A stretch of 64,000 bases of DNA from Octopus vulgaris (GCA_951406725.2 OX597820.1:102176001-102240000); one strand, 5' to 3'; counted from the stretch's first letter, positions 24,600 through 38,492 are shown. The notes: generated by a model from the sequence alone, not told the origin. Made by a program: numbers and translations.

Positions 24600-24770
24600 T
24601 GAAAACACAAAGAGAAAACACAGCAATGCGATGATGTGGAACAAATATAGTGTTATTGGACGCTCAGGAAAGGAAAGAAAGAAGGAGGATTTAACGTTTC
24701 GAGCGGAGCTCTTCGTCAGATACATAGAAAAAGGAAAGCTCCAAGGAAGGGAAGACAGAGGAAAAAAAAA
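24600..24770 (-). mobile_element. Penelope-like LTR fragment with hammerhead motif at 24689-24724
   Basis: Minus strand tat-CTGACGA-a-GAGC tcc GCTC-GAAA-CG-TT-aaa with palindromic ACGT helix III. Confidence 0.6.
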
Positions 24771-25152
24771 ATACACACACACACACACACACACACATAC
24801 ACACACACACACACATAAATATATATGTATGTGTGTGTGTGTGTGCATATATGTGTGTATGTTTGTGTTTGTGTGTGTTTGTACACTCATGTAGTGGGAC
24901 TGAAACCCTAATCAAGTGATTCCAAAGCAAGCTTTTTATGTAGAAACTATATATACATACATATATACAAATGTAGACACACACACACACACACACACAT
25001 GTACATATATATGCATACATATGCATGCACACATGTTTATATCAATATTTGTTTTTATGTTCAGTTGCAATAAATATAATCTTACATTAATCTGAAGAGT
25101 TACTTCATACTTTTGTAAAGTACCTTTATATATACATACATACACATATATA

Positions 25153-25797
25153 CAGGGGTTGGACAAAATAATGGAAACACCTAGCATCGTAGCATCATAA
25201 TTTTGAAATATCTATAAAACCTTCAAAAGCTCGTTTATTTTTATGCTTTTTGATTTATTATTAGTGTTGCTTAATTCGTTTTGTTAAAATTGCTGTTTCT
25301 TTTCAGGTATCATCAGAAAACGGTAATTCAAATTCATTAAAATGACAGATCTATCAAACTTTCAAAGTGGTCAAATTGTTGGTACGCTTATGGCAGGTGC
25401 TACCGTAATGAAAGCAGCTGAAATGTTTGGTGTATGAAGAAATACTGTCTTGAAAGTAATGATAGCCTTTGAGAATGAAGGAAAAACTTCCTCATTGAAA
25501 CAAAACTCTGAAAGAAAACCAAAACTTTCAGATAGGGATGGTCAGACTCTTACTTGAATTGTTAGAAAGGATCACAAAAGTACAGCTCCCAAAATTACTG
25601 CAGAGCTTAATGACCACCTTGAAAATCCAGTTTACACAAAAGCTCTTCGCAGGGAGCTGCACAAAGCTGGATTTCACAGGTGGGCTGCAATCAGAAAACC
25701 ACTACTTTCAAAAACAAACATTGCAAAGCATTTAGAGTGGAATAAAAACCTACAGAATTGGTCCCTAGAGCAGTAGAAGAATGTTACTTTCTCAGAC
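25153..25797 (+). pseudogene. Tc1-family transposon left half with disrupted transposase (ATG 25342)
   Basis: TA|CAGGGGTTGGACAAAATAATGGAAACACC TIR; MTDLSNFQSGQIVG...RKPKLSDRD...LRRELHKAGFH..AAIRKPLLS...W..NVTFSD, three stops, truncated at the first catalytic D. Confidence 0.9.
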
Positions 25798-26319
25798 TTT
25801 TCAATCAAGAGAAGCTTCTACCATAATCCTTCCTTTGTCCACCTTTGCCTAATCTCACCATGAATACTGTTGCCCATTGAGGTCAAACTACACAAAATAA
25901 AATATAATAAAAATTGAAGCACTTGAGAGTATTGACCACAAGGAAAACAAATCACATGGCAAGTCTTGATTATTAAGAACATTTTGAGAAAAATCAAACT
26001 TTATTCCTTCCAACACTGCTGTAAGTGCTATATCATTTATATGATTTGGAAAATATTCCAACAGTACTGCTCAAATAATGTTGGCATCAACTTTATAATT
26101 CATCCAGAATCATGTGATTGGGAAACAAGCTTCTGACCACACAGCCTCGCCTGCATCTCTCTCTATTCTTATTGCAAAATCCTGACAATTCACCACATTT
26201 TAGCATACCTGAATCATCTTCTGCTGATATACATATATATATATATATATATATATTGAATAAAATAGAGTCAACAAGAAGGAGTTTGGTTAGACAGTTA
26301 TTAGATTATATATATATAT

Positions 26320-26940
26320 AAATACAAAATGGGACAAGAACGCAAAACATTCAAATAGATGATACAAAAAACACGGACGGGTCATTCGAAGCCTCTAATC
26401 TTCAGTCAAGAACTGGATCATCCTTGCAATTTCGGCTGATTAATCTTGAGATTGCTCCAATCTGGCCAGCCCCAAGGAAAAACTAAGCTATGAGCATTAG
26501 ATTTCTTGGAAAAAAGATCAAATGTATATGAAACAAGGACAGAAAAACGGACGATGTTACACGAATATGAATACAAAAAAAAATACGAATATAAATACAA
26601 AAAACAATAATAATTAATAATAACAGGACATAACAACAGGCGTCTTTTGACCAGAGACGAATTAAACTCAGCTGGCGTATTTGAAAAATAAGGCCTTCCG
26701 GCAGACGAAGAAACCGGTGTTATCGTGACGGTGGTCCGAAGCGAAAGGCCTATAGTTGGCCAGCGGTCACGTGAGAAGAGAAGAGAGAGAAAAAGAAGGT
26801 CAAAGGAATTAAAGAGGGGGAGAAGAGAGAGAAAAAGAGGAACAAGGAATTAAGGAGGGGGAGAAGAAAGAGAGCGTGTCAAGGATTGGCGAGAAAAAAG
26901 AAAGACAGAGACAGTGAAGTTCAAAGTAAGAAAGGCAAAT
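26320..26940 (-). mobile_element. Unclassified interspersed repeat, possibly Penelope-like
   Basis: 26320-26695 is the reverse complement of 38143-38492; one end abuts (TA)n in both copies. Confidence 0.6.
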
Positions 26941-26981
26941 GAATTTATTGGATATATTGTTCAGGTGTACTAAAACTGCTA

Positions 26982-27018
<37 letters not shown>

Positions 27019-27416
27019 AGTTTAAAATATAGTGTGCTTAGGTACACTACAACTTCAGCTGTTGATGTAGAGTGCACACATAAACCTGAGTCTGCTTTGG
27101 CATGATTTTTATGGATGGATAGCCTTTGCCCTTCCTAACACCAACTTAAACGCCTTAACACGTAAATGTAATACCCACCCCACACCTTATTTAATTGTAA
27201 TGAAACAAATTCTCAAGAGGTTTTTTGAATAATGAAGAAATTCTTTGAGATAGATAATAATATTTAAAATTAATATATTTAAGAAAAAAATTCATATCAT
27301 TGTAGATAATGTATTGATTTAAGAAGCAATAAAATTTCTCAGAAGAACATATCATAATTAAACTTTATCTTTACGTTATGTCTGCAAAATGCTTGTATAT
27401 ATAAACATGCATACGT

Positions 27417-27469
<53 letters not shown>

Positions 27470-27470
27470 A

Positions 27471-27509
<39 letters not shown>

Positions 27510-27602
27510 CGCATATACATGGTGTATACAAACACACACAATGCATTCCTATATATATGTATAAGTGTGTGTGTATGTTTATACATATATTTACAAGCAT
27601 TA

Positions 27603-27670
<68 letters not shown>

Positions 27671-27971
27671 CATATACATATATATATATGCATATGCATG
27701 TGTGTTTATGAGTGTGTGTGTGTGTGAGTGTAATCTGTGGGTAATAAGATGTCAAATATAATTCTTATATATATTTACATTTCCCTTCAAGTGTTATATA
27801 AATATAAGTATGTTATGAATTGATTTGATACCTTTGGACTACTTGTTTATACTTTTATTCTGCTATAACTACATGCATGCAAACACATACATATGCACGC
27901 ATGCACACACATACACACACACACAAACACACACAAACACACACACACACACACACACACACAACACAAAC

Positions 27972-28200
27972 TTGGTGTTTGAGAGAAAACCGTGATGCCA
28001 TAGGAGAGAAATGTGTCCGAATGGTTGAAGGTGCCCTTGCGTTTAATGATTCTGCAAAGCAAGAGGCTTAAAGATGCCATTATGAAAGACTGCTGAATAT
28101 GGAAAATGAATTGGAGGTGAAGAGTCTGTCAAAGGTTGACCCAATTGAGGGACCAGCTACCTGAATCGGCAGTACTCTGGCAGATAAAGCAATTAAGGCT
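27972..28200 (+). pseudogene. RTE-clade LINE ORF fragment (endonuclease-RT linker)
   Basis: RENRDAIGEKCVRMVEGALAFNDSAKQEA*RCHYERLLNMENE...DPIEGPA...DKAIK resembles the RTE W..HYERLLN region. Confidence 0.75.
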
Positions 28201-28390
28201 ATTCGGTTCACCTCCAATTTGATTCAGGTACATGATATTGAAAGGCCACATAAATGGGTGAAACATCAATGAAATTTGGGGTGGGTTGTCTCTCTTGTCT
28301 ATTAGTTTCAGGTGTTTTAACAGCTGGCATTTTGAAAGAGTCATCTCTACTGCATCAAATTGCAGTCTTTATTTATCTATCTATCTATCT

Positions 28391-28797
28391 GAGTGGCTGT
28401 GTGGTAAGTAGCTTGCTTATCAACCACATGGTTCCGGGTTCAGTCCCACTGAGTGGCATCTTGGGCAAGTGTCTTTTGCTATAGCCTCGGGCTGACCAAT
28501 GCCTTGTGAGTGGATTTGGTAGATGGAAACTGAAAGAAGCCTGTCGTATATGTATATATATATATGTATGTGTGTGTATGTTTGTGTGTCTGTGTTTGTC
28601 CCCATAGCATTGCTTGACAACCGATGCTGGTGTGTTTACGTCCTCGTCACCTAGCGGTTCGGCAAAAGAGACTGATAGAATAAGTACTGGGCTTACAAAG
28701 AATAAGTCCCGGGGTTGATTTGTTCAACTAAAGGCGGTGCTCCAGCATGGCCGCAGTCAAATGACTGAAACAAGTAAAAGAGTAAAAGAGTAAAGAA
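28391..28797 (+). mobile_element. SINE family A
   Basis: Full consensus match. Confidence 0.92.
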
Positions 28798-28804
28798 TAT
28801 ACAT

Positions 28805-28839
<35 letters not shown>

Positions 28840-29681
28840 CATACACACACACACACATATATATGTGTACCTGTGTGTCTTTATGTCTACTTGTCTTGAC
28901 ATCATGTGACAGTTGTGATTGTTGCTGTCACTGTGATACAAGCAGAGTCCTTCATTTCCAAACTTCTGCTTAAACATATCCAATCATGGGAGAATATCCC
29001 TTTACTTGGAACCAGTGCCAGTAACAGGTAGAGCATCCAATCATAGAAAATCTGCTTTGAAAACTTCTCTCTGAAGTATAGAAAAGTGGATGCAAGAACA
29101 ACAATTATGATGACAATAACCACGATGGCAATGACAACAATCATTAGAAAGATGATGATGATGATGATGAAATATTTTTGGTAACTTGCAGTATTAGATT
29201 CAAGTTGTCCTGTTAATAAATCTCACACACATTTATCTGGCACATTTATCCTCCAGCTGAGATATACCTTATCTATAAAATGTGAGCAAAACTAAAATAC
29301 ATTCCAGTTTAGTACATGCTTAACCAAACTTTTGCAGTATGCATGCCTGAACTTAATTAAGTTCCTTTGTTTACGATTATGAAGCTAATGAGCTGAATCC
29401 ATGGTTTTGGTACTTTTCAGCATAGAACTTTTAGCATATTTCGTATTTCCTATGCTGGATTGATTGTCTCCAAGATTCTCTCAGCACAACCAAAGTCATG
29501 CTTAAGGACATAGAGATAATGGAGTGTTAACTTACAGGATTATAAACGAGATTCAAACAAGTGGAATGTTAATGTTCTTGGCTGTTAATCAACAAACTAT
29601 AGAGTATATAGGATGTGACTTAAATTTCTTCTGAACTACTTAGTTATTTTGTCTGTTTTTACTTCTGTTTACTTGAGTATA

Positions 29682-29744
<63 letters not shown>

Positions 29745-29756
29745 CATATACATATC

Positions 29757-30530
29757 TCTTTTACACTTTTACTCTTTTACTTGTTTCAGTCATTTGACTG
29801 CGGCCATGCTGGAGCACCGCCTTTAATCAAGCAACTCGAACCCAGGACTTATTCTATTGTAAGCCCAGTACTTATTCTATTGGTCTCTTTTGCCAAACCG
29901 ATAAGTAACGGGGACATAAACACACCAGCATCGGTTGTCAAGCAATGCTAGGGGACAAACACAGACACACAAACACACACATGCATATACATATATATAC
30001 ATATATACGACGGGCTTCTTTCCGATTCCGTCTACCAAATCCACTCACAAGGCTTTGGTCGGCCCGAGGCTATAGTAGAAGACACTTACCCAAGGTGCCA
30101 CGCAGTGGGACTGAACCCGGAACCATGTGGTTGGTAAACAAGCTACTTACCACACAGCCACTATTCTTTATTATTTTACTTGTTTCAGTCATTTGACTGC
30201 GGCCGTGCTGGAGCATTGCCTTTAGTTGAACAAATTGGCTATAGAACTTATTCTTTGTAAGCCTAGTACTTATTCTATTGGTCACTTAGGGCAGAACTGC
30301 TAAGTTACAGGGATGTAAACACACCAGCATCAGTAGTCAGACACACACACGCACACAAACACACACACATACATGCACATACAAATACGATGAGCATCTA
30401 TCAGTTTCTGTCTACCAAATTCACTCACAAGACTTTGGTCAGCTCGAGGCTACAGTAGAAGGTGCCATGCAGTAGGACTGAACCTGGAACCATATGGTTG
30501 GTAAGCAAGCTACTCACCACACAGCCACAT
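29757..30530 (-). mobile_element. Two tandem SINE A copies (29757-30163, 30170-30530)
   Basis: Two successive consensus matches. Confidence 0.9.
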
Positions 30531-30830
30531 GTATGTTTTATGTGTCTATGCATGTGTGCATGTGTGTGTGTATGTGTGTGTGTATGTGTGTGTGTGTGTA
30601 TGTGTGTATGTATATGTGTGTTTTTCTCTGTGTGTGTGTATATTTATGTGTGTGTGTGTGTGTTTGTGTGTTTGTGTCTGTGTTTATCCTCACAACATTT
30701 GACAGCTGGTATTGGTCTTTTTACATCCTCATTACTTAGTTGTTCAGTAAAAGGGGCTGAAGGAATAAATACCGGTTGATCCAATGACTTATAGGTGGAT
30801 ATGTTAGATGGACACTGCAAGAAGCAAATC

Positions 30831-30864
<34 letters not shown>

Positions 30865-30872
<8 letters not shown>

Positions 30873-31266
30873 ATTAGGGCTTAGTAAAATAAATTACTTT
30901 GCCATATACTGAACTTAGTAGAAATAGCAGCCAAAAAAATTTTCTTAGCATTTCTACTACTTAAAGAAAATTTCTCTCAGATAATGTGATCTATGTACTT
31001 GTGATATTTTTCTGTATTTACCCCCAAACCTTCGTGAGCTGTCTGGAGTAAACATTATCTGAGAGAAATTTTCTTTAAGTAGTAGAAATGCTAAGAAAAT
31101 TTTTTTGGCTGCTATTTCTACTAAGTTCAGTATGTGGCAAAGTAATTTATTTTACTAAGCCCTAATTATATAATGTAATATTTTGAATTCGCCTTAAATG
31201 GTCCTTTTACATACTGAACACTTGGTGAAATTGATTAATTAATTAATTTTACCCTCAATTGTTGAT
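30865..31266. repeat. 122-bp-arm inverted repeat element between (TA)n tracts
   Basis: 30865-30986 is the near-perfect reverse complement of 31052-31173; 65-bp spacer; unique extension to ~31266. Confidence 0.85.
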
Positions 31267-31429
31267 ATATATATATATATATATACATATATATATACAT
31301 ATATATATCCATATATATATATATATATATATACACACTCACACATAATCTTATACATATATACAAACATAAATATAATATATGTATATACTTAAACATG
31401 TATTATATATGTATGTATGTATGCATGTA

Positions 31430-31663
31430 AAGGCAGAGAGCTGGCAGAAACGTTAGCACGTCAGGCGAAATGCTTAGCGGTATTTCGTCTGCCGTTACGT
31501 TGTGAGTTCAAATTCCACCGAGGTCGACTTTACCTTTCATCCTTTCGGGGTCGATAAATTAAGTACCAGTTACACACTGGAGTCGATATAATCGACTTAA
31601 TACCTATGTCTGTCCTTGTTTGTTCCTTCTATGTTTAGCCCCTTGTGGGCAATAAAGAAATAG
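31430..31663 (+). mobile_element. SINE family B, full length, 11-bp TSD
   Basis: aaggcagagagctggcagaaacg...gagttcaaattcc...ccccttgtgggcaataaagaaatag; gtatgcatgta at 31419-31429 and 31664-31674. Confidence 0.92.
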
Positions 31664-31679
31664 GTATGCATGTATGTAT

Positions 31680-32145
31680 GTTTCTTCTATTTTTTAATTA
31701 TCATAAATCTTCCACTGAAGAGGGAGCTGGTTTCCAACAAAGAGACAAGGCTCCATCTTTGGGATATAGTTAATATAGGCAAATGGACATTTGGAACACG
31801 AGAAAAGTCTTGCATATTTTTACTGTTCCATTCACAGATTGCACTTGTAATGCATGAATTAGCTGGTTGATTCCTCTTTCGGAAAATCCCTGTTTATCCA
31901 GATTCTTTTTAAAGCATTTACTAACAAAACCTAGAGCTCCAATTATTACTGGTATGGATATGAATTCATAGTCTGAATATAGAAGCTGGAGGTTTTGAAA
32001 CAGTTGTCTATAGATATCCCCTTTACCTTTGATTTTCAAAGAGATATTTATATCTGCAGAGCAGCTGTCCTCTATGATGGCACATACCTTTGCTTCTCTG
32101 GAGGTTTCAAAGCAGTTGTCCACAAATATCCTTTTTTTCTTCGAC
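31680..32145 (-). pseudogene. R4/Dong-like RLE retrotransposon 3' fragment flanked by (ATAC)n
   Basis: REAKVCAIIEDSCSADINISLK..YRQLFQNLQLLYSDYEFISIPVIIGALGFVSK...GTVKICKTFL; homologous to 53083-53770. Confidence 0.8.
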
Positions 32146-34070
32146 TGTATGTATGTATGTTTGCATGTATGTATGTATGTATGTATGTATGTATGTATGT
32201 ATGTATGTATGTATATATGTATGTATGGGGTAATTTTAGTACAGTTTCTATCGACCAAATTCCATTCCCAAGATATATTTGATCAACCTGAGGATATGAT
32301 GGAAGACACACACCTAAGGTGTTGTGCAGTGGTATTGAACACAGAATTATAAAAAGCAAAATTTGTCCCCTAGCTACCATGCTGGGAATCAGTATATTCA
32401 TCACATAGAGAATTTTCTCACTGCTTTCAAGTATGAATTGTCTTAAGTATAGAATATACTTACAGCAAGATGGACCAGTCTATTTGTGGATTAAGTTTAC
32501 AGTTCATGAATACAGTTGAGTGCTGGTGACAAGATATGAACCTTTAACTGTTTGGTTGGCAGACTGTTGATTTAGTTCTGGCATAGTCAACCTTTCTTGA
32601 GAAGTGGGCTGTGTGGGACATGATTCATCATCAGTTGGGCTTTACTACTAAAAAGTTTTCATTAGGCATGACATTTGGTTAGGTCTGTGGGCTGCAGTCT
32701 GCTCATGACTAATTTAATTATTGGTAGCTTGATTCCTTTACTATTTTGTCAGGATACAATCTATAGAATTCTTATATTCTCTTGATTTCTTTTAATTCAG
32801 ACTGCCTTATGGTCCCAGCAGACAAAATGGAAAAGGCATTGCTCTGGAGGATGGTGAGGGAGATGCACTGGAACCAGAGGTGTATATTTTGGATATGCTA
32901 GGTGTGCACTGCACACCCATTGAAAAAGGCAAATTCATTATCAATATTAACCTTACTCATTAATTTAATCACAAATCATAACGGAAAACTTTTGTTATAC
33001 CCCTGATTGAAATTTAGTGGCAGGTGTCCTGAAATGACATTGCACACCTCATAGCACATTGTATCATAATATGGTACCGGATGTATTGTAGGATAATGTA
33101 AGAATGACAAAAAATTAATGGTGAAGGGTGTGTGACAGCTTTGACAACACTGTCGCATCTTTGTTTTCATGGTGAAAAGTTTTATGTTTAAATCAATTTA
33201 AAATTTCTAAACTAAAACTAATTTTGTTTTACAAAAATTCTTTTTTTACACTAGCATTATATAACTTCGATCTTAGTATAGTCAATGTGGCAATGAACCC
33301 AATGACAACAACCACCATATGCTGCTGACTGGAACAGCCACCCTGACCCACAGAGCTCACACTTATCTGTTGATAATACACTTTGCTTCATAGTCTTTGG
33401 TAAAATGGCAAGAAGGGATGTGCCCATCATTGGCATTTAATCACATTGGCCATAGACACAATACAGCATTGGTGACATGATGTTAAAACAATAGAGTCTT
33501 TGAAAAAGCAGTAATAAGTAATAGATAGCAAAACATGAAAGAAAGCGATGTAAGAATGATGCCGTGTCAGAAGCAAAGAAATAATTTTAAAAATTGATGA
33601 ATTAGCACTAAAATAAAGTATTCACTTTATTGTATTAGCAATGATTGATTTGGCCTTCTATACAATCAAGTGTCATGTTTGATTTCATTCAATTAAGATC
33701 TCACAAGAAAGTGAATGTACTAATGACCGGCACAGTAGTAGGTTAAGAAATGTTTTTGAATGGCACGACATGTTGGCGTTTCTTCAGTGGTATCATGTAT
33801 TGTTTGTGTGAGATGAGAGATAAGAAAAAAAAAACAAAAAAAAACATGATGACAACAACAATGATGATGATGATAATGATAATGATGACGGTGACAACAA
33901 CGACGACAATGCTGATGCTGATGACGATGATAATAATGACAACGATGCTGACGATAATGATGATGATGATGATTTCTTTGACTGGGAATGTTTGAACTGA
34001 GGTATGAAGTAAAGGTAATTAAGTTGTGATTTACACATTTAGTCTTGTAGCAGAAGATTTGTGATCTTAC

Positions 34071-34135
34071 CATTTCTTCTTCTTGTCTGTAGTTTCTATC
34101 TATTTTAACACAGTGCCAGCGGCAAGATATGAAAA
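34071..34135 (-). other. Candidate 65-nt host-gene exon ending in ATG
   Basis: Acceptor gttttttttggtcttttttttttttAG; exon ends gaagaagaaATG|GTAAGA; lies in repeat-poor sequence. Confidence 0.55.
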
Positions 34136-34614
34136 CTAAAAAAAAAAAGACCAAAAAAAACAAGAAATCTGGATTCAAAGACCACCATATTATCTACTTT
34201 GTTACTGCAACTACTTAGATTTATATTAAGCTGTTTCTCATTCCCCCCTTAGGATGTACATACACAAAAGTTCCTACACCCTTTTTAGCTTTTTTCTCAT
34301 TTCCTGTACTATTTATAAATACAGTATACATTGTCATTTAAATATAAGCATCACTTCTTTTTTTTGTTTTATCTATATATTTTTGGTTTGATACCAAACA
34401 ATGTATTCCGTTCAGAAAGCTGAACAATCCATTTGATCAGCACTTAACTTTGGTTTCTCTTGCATTAACCATGAGAAGAAGATTTATCACTTGATTCTGA
34501 GATGAAACTCATCTCTGAACTGGATGACCGGTCTATCAGAACAAAATTCTGAAAAAGCCTTTGGTGTTTATCTCTGAGAGTTAGGTATTGACAATATGTG
34601 TGTGTGTGTATGTA

Positions 34615-34664
<50 letters not shown>

Positions 34665-34679
34665 GTATATATACATATG

Positions 34680-34730
<51 letters not shown>

Positions 34731-34842
34731 TATTTAATTTATATCAAAATTTTATGTATTGATTAAGTCTTTTCTTGTTTGGTTTTAAAATAGTGGTTTT
34801 GTCTCGAATTATATTATATTATATTATATTATATATATATAT

Positions 34843-34980
34843 AAAGGGAAAGTTTATGAAAATAAACAAAAGACGAAGGCAGGTGGAGTACAAACAAACA
34901 AATGTATTAGTATAGCACTCAGGAACAGAAAAAGTCTTTTACATTTCGAGCCTACGTTCTTCGACAAAGATACACAGAAA
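34843..34980 (-). mobile_element. Penelope-like LTR fragment with degenerate hammerhead (34935-34970)
   Basis: Minus strand ttgtcga-agaac gtag gctc-GAAA-tg-TA-aaaga, similar to the 24689 motif; AT-microsatellite flanks. Confidence 0.45.
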
Positions 34981-34995
34981 AAAAAAAAATTATAT

Positions 34996-35026
<31 letters not shown>

Positions 35027-35293
35027 ATGTATATATGTGTATTCTTCTCTTTTTAACAATTAGCCTCTTTCTATAAGCTACCTTTGACATTATATCCTCT
35101 AACATTTTTTTGAAACAAACTTAATAGTACTCAGTTAATCACTATACATATCCATCATTTTCTGCTAAAATGTCTTATAGACGAGTTTCATTTCTTCATC
35201 TTTGAAATATGTGGCGGAAGTAAAAGAATTTGAATAACACCTGCATTTAACTCCATTTATTTATTGATATATATATATATGTATATATATGTG

Positions 35294-35342
<49 letters not shown>

Positions 35343-35400
35343 TATATATGTGCGTGTGTGTGTATAGATATATAGATATAGATATGTATGTGTGTGTGTT

Positions 35401-35431
<31 letters not shown>

Positions 35432-35850
35432 ATGTGTGTGTGTGTATTGTCTAAGAAGCTATTAGTCAGAGAAAATAGGCAGCATTCATATATCTATCAA
35501 CTGAGTGGGTATATTAATCCCAGTATGCAGTATTATAAATCCATTTCAGCCGATCTTGCTAATCAGTTTTGCATCAGCTGTTTGTATAACTGGATAACAG
35601 ATACTGGATATTAGATAAAAAAAAAAGATGATTATCTAAACACGTATGTTTTTCAGAAATGGCAGGTATGGAAAAAAATATGGTCTTTATATAGTTACTA
35701 CATATTTTTTTCCGTATATGCCACCTTTGAAGAGCAAATGGGTTTAGATACCCATCCTGTTATCTAATATCTAGTTATCTAAAAGCTGATGTGAAACCAA
35801 TTGGTATGACCAGCTGAAATGGACCTGTAATAATATATACTTTGATGAAA

Positions 35851-36452
35851 GCACACACACACACGCATGCACACACACACGCATGCACACACACATGCAT
35901 GCACACACACACGCATGCACACACACACACACACGCATGCACACTCACACGCATGCACACACACACGCATGCACACACACATGCATGCACACACATGCAT
36001 GCACACACACGCATGCACACACATGCATGCACACACACACGCATGCACACACATGTATGCACACACACACGCATGCACACACATGCATGCACTCATACAC
36101 ACATGCATGCACACACACACACGCATACACACATGCATGCACACACACGCGCATGCACACACACACGCATACACACACATGCATGCACACACACACACGC
36201 ATGTGCACACACACATGCATGCACACACACACGCATGCACACACATGCATGCACTCATACACACATGCATGCACACACACACACGCATACACACATGCAT
36301 GCACACACACGTGCATGCACACACACACGCATACACACACATGCATGCACACACACACACGCATGTGCACACACATGCATGCACACACACACATGCATGC
36401 ACACACACACACGCATGCACACACACATGTACACACACATGCATGCATGCAC
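35851..36452. repeat. (CA)n/GCATGC compound satellite with 162-bp higher-order duplication
   Basis: Almost uninterrupted purine-pyrimidine alternation; marker actcatacac recurs at 36091 and 36253. Confidence 0.9.
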
Positions 36453-36706
36453 TGGCATTTGAATTTATATATGATAAAGTGTAGCATGTTCTACAGAGAC
36501 AGGATGAAAAGTCTAACGGAAAATTTGAAATTAGAAGAAAAGGTCTAATTTAGCAAATAATGAAATCTAATCAGCCATTTCATGCGGAGAAGGGAATAGA
36601 TCAAAGGCAACAGAGAAATTAAAAACACTTTTGAACAACTAGAACTACTATGGAAAGAAATTGGAAATATTGTCATCATCCTCATCATCACCATCACCGC
36701 TACCAC

Positions 36707-36738
<32 letters not shown>

Positions 36739-36827
36739 CCACCAATTCCTTATGACTGGACAGGCTTTTGCAGATGATTAGACACAAGGGACACCATGTC
36801 TATGATAGTGACTCCCATGTGCAACTA

Positions 36828-37222
36828 TTCTTTTCTGCTCTAGGCACAAGGCCTGATTTTTGGGGAGGGGGCCAGTCAATTAGATCGATCCCAGTACACA
36901 ACTGGTACTTAATTTATCGACGCCGAAAGGATGACAAGCAAAGTCAACCTTGATGGAATTTGAACACAGAACGTAAAGACAGATGAAATACCTATTTCTT
37001 TATTACCCACAAGGGCCTAAACATAGAGGGGACAAACAAGGACAGACAAAGGTATTACGTTGATTACATCGACCTCAGCGTGTAACTCATACTTAATTTA
37101 TCGACTCCGAAAGGATGAAAGGCAAAGATGACCTTGGCGGAATTTGAACTCAGAATGTAAAGATAGATGAAATACTGCTAAGCATTTCACCCGGCGTGCT
37201 AATGTTTTGCTAGCTCACCGTC
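36828..37222 (-). mobile_element. Dimeric SINE B (two tail variants in tandem)
   Basis: Two B cores joined at gaaatac|ctatttc. Confidence 0.8.
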
Positions 37223-37325
37223 TTTCTCATGTGCAAACATCACACAAAGTGAAGACAAGCAGATGCAAACATACACACACCCATGTATGCACATGTGCAT
37301 ACACCCATATATACACACACTCACT

Positions 37326-37372
<47 letters not shown>

Positions 37373-37524
37373 TCATACACACACATACACATATATAATG
37401 GGCTTCTTTCAGTTTCCATCTACCAAATCTACGAACAAGGTTTTAGTCAGTGGGGCTATAATAGACTGAATCTGAAATCAAGTGGCTGGAAGACAAAACT
37501 CTTAACCGCACATCCATTCTTGCA

Positions 37525-37753
37525 CCCATCATCAACATCGTAATCATTATTGTCGTTGTCATCATCATTGCCATCATCATCACTGTCGTCGTCGTCGTCA
37601 TCATCATCATCATCATCACCATAATCGCTGTTGTCATCGTCATCATCATCATCATCATCATCATCATCACCGTCGTCGTCATCGTCGTCATCATCATCAC
37701 CATCATCACTGTCATTGTCGTCATCATCATCACCATCATCGCTGTCATCATCG

Positions 37754-37786
<33 letters not shown>

Positions 37787-37804
37787 CCGTCGTCGTCGTC
37801 GTCG

Positions 37805-37850
<46 letters not shown>

Positions 37851-37900
37851 TGTAGTCATCGTCATCATTGTCATCAACATCATCTTCATTGTCGTCATTT
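37525..37900. repeat. (CAT/CGT)n tract, expanded tail of a minus-strand family C relic
   Basis: Followed by ttaatgcccaattttt..tgttggc.atgggtcagac. Confidence 0.8.
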
Positions 37901-38142
37901 AATGCCCAATTTTTTTATGTTGGCTATGGGTCAGACAGACTGACAGAAGCAAACAACCCAGAGGACTGTGCCAAGTTCCAATGTCTGCTGTTGTAAACTC
38001 AGGGAAATAATTAACTTGCCTGGAAACAGGTAAGTGCTGGAGACAGGAAGGGCATTTGGAAGGGTTTTTTTCTGTTTCAAAAAATTCCCTCCTATCCAAG
38101 CAAACATGGAAAAAATATAAATGTCCATGTTAGTATATATAA

Positions 38143-38492
38143 GGCATTATTTTCCAAATACGCCAGTTAAGCTAAGTTGAACTGTCTAAAGTCGAAAGAC
38201 ACCTGTTGTTTTTGTCCTGTTATTATTATTGTTTTTTGTATTTATATTCATGCATCATCGTCCGTTTTTCTGTCCTTGTTTCGTATACATTCGATCCTTT
38301 TTCCAAGAAATCTAATGCTCGTAGCTTAGTTTTTCCTTGGGGCTGGCCGGATCGGAACGATCTCAAGATTAATCATCCGAAATTGCGAGGATGATCCGGT
38401 TCTTGACTGAAGATTAGAGGCTTCGAATGTCCCGTCCGTTTTTTTGTGTCTATTTGAATGTTTTGCATTCTTGTCCCATTTTGTATTTTTAT
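38143..38492 (+). mobile_element. Second copy of the unclassified repeat at 26320
   Basis: Reverse-complement match. Confidence 0.7.

Noticed and set aside
32875-32920. Possible DNA transposon terminus (ggtgtgcactgcacacc palindrome)
   Set aside because: No matching opposite end or TSD found
35775-36548. 200+ aa His/Thr or Cys/Val-rich ORFs in all six frames
   Set aside because: Stop-free satellite; openness in every frame is a compositional artefact
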